Below, piece after piece: positions 31,447 to 37,740 of a DNA stretch of 37,740 nucleotides. Position 1 is the stretch's first letter. Every line of letters begins with the position of its first letter. Made by a program: the position numbers and the translations under genes. The notes below the pieces were generated by a model. It was not told where the DNA came from, made no database searches, and saw only the letters and a program-made list of their open reading frames with translations. This DNA is from a virus (Duplodnaviria > Caudoviricetes): IMG/VR virus record IMGVR_UViG_3300042988_000213, positions 1 to 37,740 of that record. One strand, 5' to 3'.

Positions 31447-31478
31447 AACTATATCACAATTGTGAAGTCGACTGTCAA
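31447..31478 (-). promoter_or_regulatory. PL-like promoter containing the perfect palindrome TCACAATTGTGA
   Basis: Minus strand TTGACA…TTCACAATTGTGA-TATAGT; spacer is long (19 nt). Confidence 0.7.
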
Positions 31479-31500
31479 AAAAGGGGTCTCAAAAGACCCT
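31477..31500 (-). terminator. Terminator of the repressor transcript
   Basis: Minus strand GGGTCT-TTTG-AGACCC followed by CTTTTTT. Confidence 0.75.
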
Positions 31501-31524
31501 ATGGTTTTATCAGGTATGTGAAGT

Positions 31525-31872
31525 TCAGCGGCTGGACATGGCCTTCGCGGCGGCCAGCAGAGCTGCCTTTGCTTGGTCATCCATGGCCCTGAATGCTTCG
31601 ATGAGCTGCTGCTCACCCTTGGCTCCGATGGTGCTCATCTGGAAGGGCTCGCCCTCACCCGTGATGATCCAGTCGGGGTTCGCCTGCAGTGCTGCAGCGA
31701 GCTTGAGCAGCGTCGGTGCGCTGGGCTTGCGCGACGAGTCCGTGACTAGGTTGCTGATCGCCGCCTGTGTGACTCCAACCTTCTGTGCGAGCGCCACTTG
31801 GGTGTACCCCCGTACCTCAATGAGGTAGCGGAGCCTATCCCCTATTGACATGCGCTGGAAGTTCTTGGTCAT
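31525..31872 (-). CDS. cI: CI-like XRE-family repressor (no S24 peptidase domain)
   Basis: IGDRLRYL…TQVALAQKVGVTQAAISNL HTH; WIITGEG; divergent from cro. Confidence 0.88.
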   Translation of the reverse strand: MTKNFQRMSIGDRLRYLIEVRGYTQVALAQKVGVTQAAISNLVTDSSRKPSAPTLLKLAAALQANPDWIITGEGEPFQMSTIGAKGEQQLIEAFRAMDDQAKAALLAAAKAMSSR

Positions 31873-31902
31873 GGCTGTCGTCGGGATAGCTTGACCGCAG
31901 GT

Positions 31903-31931
31903 TTGCGACCTGTTATCACATGGCTTATACT
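31903..31931 (+). promoter_or_regulatory. PR-like promoter for cro
   Basis: TTGCGA-N17-TATACT; spacer contains TATCACATGGCT. Confidence 0.8.
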
Positions 31932-31961
31932 TCGCATCCTCAGACGAACCTCTGGATGAAC

Positions 31962-32159
31962 ATGAAAATCGACAACGTAATCAAACACTTCGGCTCACAG
32001 GCCGCAGCCGCAGCGGCTCTGGGCGTGACACAGCCGACCATCAGCAACTGGAAGACCCGTGGACGTATCCCGAACCTGCAGCAGTTGCGAATTGAACACA
32101 TCTCGCGCGGCAAGCTGCGCGCCGACTCAAAGATCCTGGCCAAGGTATCACGCGCGTGA
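31962..32159 (+). CDS. cro: Cro-like HTH regulator
   Basis: KHFGSQAAAAAALGVTQPTISNW…IP…IE…SRGKL. Confidence 0.88.
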   Translation: MKIDNVIKHFGSQAAAAAALGVTQPTISNWKTRGRIPNLQQLRIEHISRGKLRADSKILAKVSRA

Positions 32160-32205
32160 AGTGCGGGCAACCTCTAAGAGCCCAGGTATCACAATGATGT
32201 ATTTT

Positions 32206-32265
32206 GACCCGGCGGGGCGCGGCCACGCCATCCGGTTTTCCGCTTTCACGGATTTCCGCCGGGTC
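32206..32265 (+). ncRNA. Structured leader upstream of the primase gene
   Basis: 10-bp stem GACCCGGCGG/CCGCCGGGTC enclosing two hairpins (GGCG/CGCC, ATCCG/CGGAT). Confidence 0.45.
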
Positions 32266-32299
32266 TCCTTTATTGCAAAGCGGCGGCAGAAAGCGACGA

Positions 32300-34804
32300 A
32301 TGAGCACACCGAATGAACAGACACAACTGAGCGACCAACAGCGAACCCAGATTGAGCATGCGTTCGCCTACATCCAGCAGGGCTGGAGCCTGGTGATGAT
32401 GCCCATGAAGACCAAGGGGCCCAATCACCCGGGATGGAATGCCCCGAGCGAGTTGATCAACGCACCCGAGAAGGCCGTCAAGAAGCTGGCCCAAGGCCTG
32501 CAGAACATGGGACTTGTGCACCAGCCCAGCGGCACTGGTGCGATCGACGTGGACGACGAGGCATGGGCCCGCCACATCCTCGAGGAGTTTGGCCTCGATT
32601 ACGACGAGGTGATGGATTTCGGTATGCGCATTCGCTCAAAGGCGAACCGCGACAAGGCTGTTTTCGCAGGTGTCCCTGCGGACATGCCGCTGCTCAAAAT
32701 CACCTGGCCCAAGCAGGACGCAAAGAGCCCCGTTGATCGGTTCACCATCATTGAGTTCCGCGCAGGTCCCAACCAGGACGTGCTGCCGCCATCGCAACAC
32801 CCAGACGGCCACCACTACACATGGGCAGAGGGCAAGGCCCCGTGGGACTTCGACGAGTTGCCGCAGATCCCTCCGAAGCTGCTTGAGTTCTGGCGCGCCC
32901 TGGCGGACAAGACGTCCGGCCTGCGCGAGGAGATCGAGAACCTGTGCCCATGGAAGAAGATGCACGTTGGCAAGCGCTACGTGCAGGCAGGGCGCAACGT
33001 CACACCCGACGGCAACGACATCATCGGCAAGTACAACCGAGCGGTCAGCGTTGAGGACTTGCTCAGCCAGGCAGGGTACAGAAAGAAGGGCAAGCGATGG
33101 CTCGCCCCCAGCTCCAGCACCCGCATCCCCGGCGTGGTCGTCTTCAGCGACCAGGACCACCAGAAGTGCTACAGCCACCACGGCTCGGACCCGATCGCTG
33201 ACGGCTTCGCGCACGATGCGTTCGACCTGCTGTGCATGCTCCAGCACAACGGCGACATCAAGCGAGCCCTCGACGAGGCGGCGCAGATCGCAGGCGTCGA
33301 GCGCCACCCACCCAAGCACAAGCCCGACGTGACCCTCGACCTCGACGCGGCGATGGCCAAGCAAGAGGAGCGCAAGAAGGCCAAGACCACGCCCGACGCT
33401 GTTGTCACTCGTGACGACACGCCCGTCAAGGCGGTGCCGGTCAAGGCGTCGGCCTCGGACGAGGTGGTCTACGACGTGCCGGAATACCCCGAGCACCTGC
33501 TCAAGCCCGGCGGGGAGGCCTTCAACGTCGTGCAGAAGCTGACCGAGTGGATCTTGCAGACCGCCCAGAAGCCCCAGCCCATCCTGGCACTGGCGGCAGC
33601 CCTGTCCGTCGTGGGCACCGTGCTCGGCCGCAAAGTGGCCACCAGCACGGGCCTTCGCACCAACTACTACCTCGTGGGTGTGGCAGGCACCAGCGCGGGC
33701 AAGGACCACGCTCGCAAGTGCGTGAAGGTGCTCTTCCAGGCCGCCGGCCTGTCAGACCTGCTCGGCGGCGAGGAGCTGGCCTCCGGCACAGCCTTGCTGG
33801 CCCGCGCCGCGGATCACCCGGTGAGCCTGTTTCAGATCGACGAGCTGGGCCTGATGCTCAAGGCGGTGGCCACCAAGGGCGCAGGCCCACACTTGGCCAG
33901 CATCGTGACCAACCTGATGAAGCTCTTCTCCAGCTCCGGCACGGTCTACCACGGCACCGAGTACGCAGACCGCAAGACCAAGGAGCGCAAGGACATCCCG
34001 TACCCCTGCGTTGGCCTGCATGGCACCACCACCCCAGAGACCCTCTGGCCAGCCCTGGGCAGCCAGGACGTGGTCTCGGGCTACCTCAACCGCATGCTGA
34101 TCATGTTCGTGCCCGACAAGCGCGTGGCCAAGAACTACGTTGGCATCGGCCAGCCTCCGGCGGAGGTCGTCGAGTGGATGAAGGCCGCCCGTGAGCTGCA
34201 GTGCGGCATCCTCGGCCTGGACCCAGCCAGCCCCATTGAGCTGCCCTTCGCGGGCATGACCAACCAGCTCTTTCGCGAGTTCGACGACTGGGTCGAGAAC
34301 CGCATGGAGGAGAACAAGGCCAACGGCTTGGCACCCCTGTGGGGCAGGGCATGGGAGCACGCCGCGAAGCTGGCCCTTGGCATGGCCTGCGCACGCTACG
34401 ACGCAGCCAAACTCAAGGAGGTGGCCTCGGGCGGCGGCCTCGAGATCGACCAGACCAGCGCCCAGTGGGCCATCGACTTCGTCAAGTTCACCCTGTCCAT
34501 CCAGCAGGAGCAGGTGGCCACCCGGATGGGTGACAGCGACTTCGACCGCTGGTGCCAGGACGTCCTGCGGGTCGTCAAGCAAGCAGGCCCGCAGGGCCGC
34601 ACAGAGTCAGAGATGACCAAGTTCAGCCGCATGTACAGAGCCCTGGAGCCACGGCAGCAGGACTCAATCATCGACTCCCTCAAGCGCAGGGAGGCCATCA
34701 CATTGGTTCAATATCGACCACCATCAGGGCGCGGCAAGAGCCGGATGGCCTGGGTGGCCAGCGAGTTTGCTCCAGTGGTTGAGGAGGGCGAGGATGACGA
34801 ATAA
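32300..34804 (+). CDS. Bifunctional primase-polymerase fused to a DUF3987-like helicase/ATPase domain
   Basis: KGP…GW, NMGL, IDVD, VLPPSQHPDGHHYTW Prim-Pol motifs; GTSAGKD Walker A; QIDELG. Confidence 0.88.
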   Translation: MSTPNEQTQLSDQQRTQIEHAFAYIQQGWSLVMMPMKTKGPNHPGWNAPSELINAPEKAVKKLAQGLQNMGLVHQPSGTGAIDVDDEAWARHILEEFGLDYDEVMDFGMRIRSKANRDKAVFAGVPADMPLLKITWPKQDAKSPVDRFTIIEFRAGPNQDVLPPSQHPDGHHYTWAEGKAPWDFDELPQIPPKLLEFWRALADKTSGLREEIENLCPWKKMHVGKRYVQAGRNVTPDGNDIIGKYNRAVSVEDLLSQAGYRKKGKRWLAPSSSTRIPGVVVFSDQDHQKCYSHHGSDPIADGFAHDAFDLLCMLQHNGDIKRALDEAAQIAGVERHPPKHKPDVTLDLDAAMAKQEERKKAKTTPDAVVTRDDTPVKAVPVKASASDEVVYDVPEYPEHLLKPGGEAFNVVQKLTEWILQTAQKPQPILALAAALSVVGTVLGRKVATSTGLRTNYYLVGVAGTSAGKDHARKCVKVLFQAAGLSDLLGGEELASGTALLARAADHPVSLFQIDELGLMLKAVATKGAGPHLASIVTNLMKLFSSSGTVYHGTEYADRKTKERKDIPYPCVGLHGTTTPETLWPALGSQDVVSGYLNRMLIMFVPDKRVAKNYVGIGQPPAEVVEWMKAARELQCGILGLDPASPIELPFAGMTNQLFREFDDWVENRMEENKANGLAPLWGRAWEHAAKLALGMACARYDAAKLKEVASGGGLEIDQTSAQWAIDFVKFTLSIQQEQVATRMGDSDFDRWCQDVLRVVKQAGPQGRTESEMTKFSRMYRALEPRQQDSIIDSLKRREAITLVQYRPPSGRGKSRMAWVASEFAPVVEEGEDDE

Positions 34805-34980
34805 CGCAGCACTGTGGAGACGGCCCCGTCTCCGGCCAAGAGCCGCATGGATAGGGGCTTTGGGTATATATAGATAATAAAAAAAATACTCTGTTACTTA
34901 TATATATTCTCTCTCCCCCCACGTGTAGAGGACCCCGTCGCGTTGTCGCGTTTGTCTCCGTAGATGGGGTTTTGTCACCG
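34805..34980. other. Putative replication origin
   Basis: Intergenic, directly after the primase; AT-rich core (TATATATAGATAATAAAAAAAATA…TATATATA) flanked by a GGAGACG/CGTCTCC hairpin and tandem GTCGCGTT. Confidence 0.5.
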
Positions 34981-35029
34981 CAGAAGAATCACAATGATGT
35001 AGCGCCGGAACCGGCAGAAAGAAGGAGCG

Positions 35030-35470
35030 ATGAGCAATGAATTTCACGATGTGCAAGATGTCACAGTAACACTCCGATGTGAGCAAAGACTAACTTTTAG
35101 TTTTGCACTGCCTTGGCCGAAGGTCACCGGCAACCACGCGGTCAAGCACACGCGAGCTGGCGGCCATTACAAAACGCCCGAGGCGAAGGCCTATGAGGCC
35201 GTGGTGGCCCAGATCGTGGCCAGCATGGGGATGGGCAACCTGCTTGGCAAAAAGCCCCTTGGCGGCCCGCTGAAGGTGCTGTGGCTGCTGTCGCCCCCTG
35301 ATCGGCGGGCCAGAGACGTGGACAACGTGCGCAAGGTGGTGGCCGACGCGCTCACCAAGGCGGGCTTTTGGCTCGACGACAGCAACAAGGTGCTGGTGCG
35401 GGAGACCTTTGAGTGGGCCCCATCCACGCCTGGCGGCGAGGTGAGCATGATGGTGGAGGGGTTGGCATGA
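35030..35470 (+). CDS. rusA: RusA-family Holliday junction resolvase
   Basis: LPWP…PPDRRARDVDNVRKVVADAL…DDS. Confidence 0.9.
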   Translation: MSNEFHDVQDVTVTLRCEQRLTFSFALPWPKVTGNHAVKHTRAGGHYKTPEAKAYEAVVAQIVASMGMGNLLGKKPLGGPLKVLWLLSPPDRRARDVDNVRKVVADALTKAGFWLDDSNKVLVRETFEWAPSTPGGEVSMMVEGLA

Positions 35471-35682
35471 ATACGCACACCGTCGAAGAAGCCAAGGCGC
35501 TGGCCTGCCCGCTGCTCAAAGGCTCATGCCTCGCTGACAAGTGCGCCATGTGGCGTTGGGCGCACGAGAAGGTCAACGTCGAGACCATAAAGACTGCGCC
35601 GGGCGGCAGCAAGTACATCAACTGGGAGCAGAAGACGGTCAAGGTGCATGGCGCTTGCGGTCTGGCTGGGGGTGTGGCATGA
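35467..35682 (+). CDS. Small Cys-rich hypothetical protein
   Basis: CP…C…CAMWRW…GACGLAG; ATGA overlap. Confidence 0.7.
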   Translation: MNTHTVEEAKALACPLLKGSCLADKCAMWRWAHEKVNVETIKTAPGGSKYINWEQKTVKVHGACGLAGGVA

Positions 35683-35957
35683 CCGAAGCACAGTACTGGC
35701 GGCAACGCTACGAGATGGTGATGGCCAACTTCGGCGACGCCATCAAAACGGCCATCGTTTCCAACGCAACGCCACGCATGCTGGCCGACGCCGAGAGCTT
35801 CAACGCTGGCAAGGCCATGGCCTTCAACGAGGCCAAGTATTCGATCGGGATCGACACCAGCGACGGCTTCCACACGGTGACCGTCTTCCGCAACGTGCCC
35901 GGCCAGCCGACCACGCTGGTGGCCACCCAACGTCTGCCGGAGGATGACTGGAAATGA
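35679..35957 (+). CDS. Hypothetical protein
   Basis: ATGA overlaps on both sides. Confidence 0.65.
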   Translation: MTEAQYWRQRYEMVMANFGDAIKTAIVSNATPRMLADAESFNAGKAMAFNEAKYSIGIDTSDGFHTVTVFRNVPGQPTTLVATQRLPEDDWK

Positions 35958-36187
35958 CCCGCGAAGACATCATCCGCATGGCGCGGGAGGCATCGGATAA
36001 ATCGCCAGACACCATCCCCGAGAGAGACGATGACTTGGTGCTGCTGTACCTCGACGAGCTTGAACGCTTCGCCGCCCTTGTCGCCGCAGCCGACCGCGAG
36101 CGCATCGCCGCTCTGGTCGAGCAGATGGGCATCGACGGCTACGGCACGCTGGCCATCGCGGCTGCCATTCGCAAGGCCATCACATGA
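35954..36187 (+). CDS. Hypothetical phage protein (MTREDIIRMAREA…LERFAALV type)
   Basis: Recognisable small phage protein motif; SD GGAGG. Confidence 0.8.
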   Translation: MTREDIIRMAREASDKSPDTIPERDDDLVLLYLDELERFAALVAAADRERIAALVEQMGIDGYGTLAIAAAIRKAIT

Positions 36188-36383
36188 AATCGAACTCGAT
36201 GACCGCGCTGACCTTGTATCCCTTCTTGCGCCAGATCAAGATCCTGCGCTCTACTGCAGCCGGAGTGACCAGCGGGATCGACGCCACCGGTCGACCGTTG
36301 CTTGACCAGCCCAGCAGGACCGTCGCTCGCGGCATGCGTTTGCGTGTGATGGGAGCCTTCAGCTTGCGATGCAAAGGTGGCAT
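36180..36383 (-). CDS. Possible counter-oriented small basic protein
   Basis: MPPLHRKLK…; fills a 300-nt gap; weak SD. Confidence 0.35.
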   Translation of the reverse strand: MPPLHRKLKAPITRKRMPRATVLLGWSSNGRPVASIPLVTPAAVERRILIWRKKGYKVSAVIEFDFM

Positions 36384-36498
36384 AGCGCTTTCTTCTGGAG
36401 GAGTTCGCGCCACTGCAGCGCAGCGTGACCGTATCAATAATGTGAACCCGAGCAGATTGCCGGGTTGTCAATTCCTTAGCGTGTAAAAGGGCAAAGCA

Positions 36499-36852
36499 AT
36501 GATCAGACTGGAGCCGGAGTGGGTCGGCGAACTACTGGGCCAGTGGGCCGCAAAAGACTGGAGCGATGCCCAGCAAGAGTTGGGTTTCGCAAGTGTCTCG
36601 CCCATGTTCGCCAGGGCGGTCGGCACATCCTTTGAGTGCGAGGACGTCACCGGCTACAGCCACGCCGAGGTGCGGGCCATGGTCGCCGGTGTGGACTGGC
36701 TGCAACTGCACCACCCAGACCACTGGCGTGCGCTGTCCAGAGAGTTCCGCACCTGGACCCGCCGCACCCTTGAACGCAAGGACGGCGACGACCAGCTCGT
36801 GCTCGAGGCCGGACGACTGCTTGCAAAATATATTGATGAAACCCTTGGCTAA
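36499..36852 (+). CDS. Antiterminator Q-like/late regulator candidate
   Basis: LLGQWA…LGFASVSPMF resembles Q-type N-termini; lies downstream of rusA. Confidence 0.5.
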   Translation: MIRLEPEWVGELLGQWAAKDWSDAQQELGFASVSPMFARAVGTSFECEDVTGYSHAEVRAMVAGVDWLQLHHPDHWRALSREFRTWTRRTLERKDGDDQLVLEAGRLLAKYIDETLG

Positions 36853-36872
36853 AGGTTCACAATGCTTATAAT
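36845..36872 (+). promoter_or_regulatory. Sigma70-type promoter with motif in the spacer
   Basis: TTGGCT-N16-TATAAT; spacer contains TTCACAATGCT. Confidence 0.75.
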
Positions 36873-36906
36873 CGGGCTCACGCGATTTTGCGTGAAGGAG
36901 ATCAAC

Positions 36907-37092
36907 ATGAAACACAACCGCAAGGTTCACGGCGGACTTCCGCCCGAGCGCACTCTGACTCAGCCAATGAGCCAAGAGAACTACAAGCCAGAGTGGGTGC
37001 CCGTGCGCCCAGGCTCGCAGGACCACGAGAACGTGCCAAGCCGCCGAGCCTCAACCCGCGAGTGGCGCGATGGCCGAGTGGAGGCGGCATGA
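36907..37092 (+). CDS. Hypothetical protein
   Basis: SD AAGGAG; VRPGSQDH…PSR motif. Confidence 0.7.
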   Translation: MKHNRKVHGGLPPERTLTQPMSQENYKPEWVPVRPGSQDHENVPSRRASTREWRDGRVEAA

Positions 37093-37250
37093 GCAACTGG
37101 AACTTTAGAAAAGGTTTTCGCGGGCGCATAGTTCTTCAGCGCCTGATTGAATGGGACGATGACGGCCACGGCATGGCCATGTGGCGAGATGCCACGGTTG
37201 AAGACCTCCGCGATTACTACGCAGAAATGCTGAAAGCGAGGGAGGCATGA
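37089..37250 (+). CDS. Hypothetical protein
   Basis: SD GGAGG; ATGA overlap; WRDATVEDL. Confidence 0.65.
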   Translation: MSNWNFRKGFRGRIVLQRLIEWDDDGHGMAMWRDATVEDLRDYYAEMLKAREA

Positions 37251-37372
37251 GCACCCCACAGCCATGGCCCTTCCCACCCGCCAACGGCCCAACACCCTGG
37301 ACGCTCGGTCAACTGCGCGACTACCAGCGCCAGCAGCGCGAGAAGCTCGAGGAGGCCCCATGGATCGCCTAA
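37247..37372 (+). CDS. 41-aa hypothetical peptide
   Basis: SD GGAGG; MSTPQPWPFPP…; ATGA overlap. Confidence 0.5.
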   Translation: MSTPQPWPFPPANGPTPWTLGQLRDYQRQQREKLEEAPWIA

Positions 37373-37403
37373 TGAGCACCAAGAACAAATGGAGGTCGCT
37401 GTC

Positions 37404-37709
37404 ATGAAGTGCCTGGAGACCCGCACTCGCGCCGACGGTATCAAGGCTCGCAGGTACGAACTTGATGACGGTCGACGCATCACGATGTTTGAGGTGCCAG
37501 CAACCATCATCAAGGCGCTGGGCCAGAAAAAGGTGCAGGAACTGATGGCCATCTGGAAACGTGGCGAACGTCAGCGCACACAGACTCACGCACGACGCAG
37601 GCGCATTGAGGAACTGCTGCGCGAGAAAGTCAAACCAACAGCCATTGCGCACGAGGTGGGATGCACCGATGAGCGCGTAAGGCAGATCAGAAGGGAGATG
37701 GGTCTATGA
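37404..37709 (+). CDS. Hypothetical protein with C-terminal HTH
   Basis: SD GGAGG before ATG 37404; PTAIAHEVGCTDERVRQIR. Confidence 0.7.
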   Translation: MKCLETRTRADGIKARRYELDDGRRITMFEVPATIIKALGQKKVQELMAIWKRGERQRTQTHARRRRIEELLREKVKPTAIAHEVGCTDERVRQIRREMGL

Positions 37710-37740
37710 CCACACAACTGAACGCGATGAAGCAGGCGCT

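Noticed and set aside
32636-34582. Long minus-strand ORFs opposite the primase
   Set aside because: Shadow ORFs of a high-GC3 gene; no independent coding signal.

Overview
About 37.7 kb of a GC-rich temperate tailed phage, apparently in unintegrated form: the integrase and a candidate attP are internal, with phage genes on both sides. A Gram-negative host is indicated by the spanins; a betaproteobacterial host is a guess. Left arm (+ strand): lysis module (holin candidates, Rz with embedded Rz1, GH19 endolysin) and a podovirus-style ejected-protein module. That module holds an 819-aa Gln/Ala hendecad-repeat protein, a GNAT, three further virion-protein candidates and a 3692-aa polyvalent protein. 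The giant protein carries two HExxH peptidase domains, four ADP-ribosyltransferase-like domains and a ParB/Srx-like domain, with a recurring S-N-R motif at the domain boundaries. Middle (- strand): an anti-defence-like cassette (Acb2/Tad1-like protein, MazG-like protein), integrase/excisionase, SF2 helicase, Mom-like DNA modifier, Cas4-like exonuclease, DUF669 SSB, Sak4 ATPase, two homing endonucleases and small early genes. Right arm (+ strand): cI/cro switch, primase-polymerase/helicase, putative origin, RusA and a Q-like gene. Most notable: (1) the SNR-punctuated polyprotein; (2) two small genes apparently overprinted in the +1 frame inside that giant gene; (3) a strand-polarised TCACAWTG motif repeated about 20 times at promoters and gene junctions (stoperator-like); (4) several structured non-coding RNA candidates. 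All product calls come from motif recognition by eye, not database searches.
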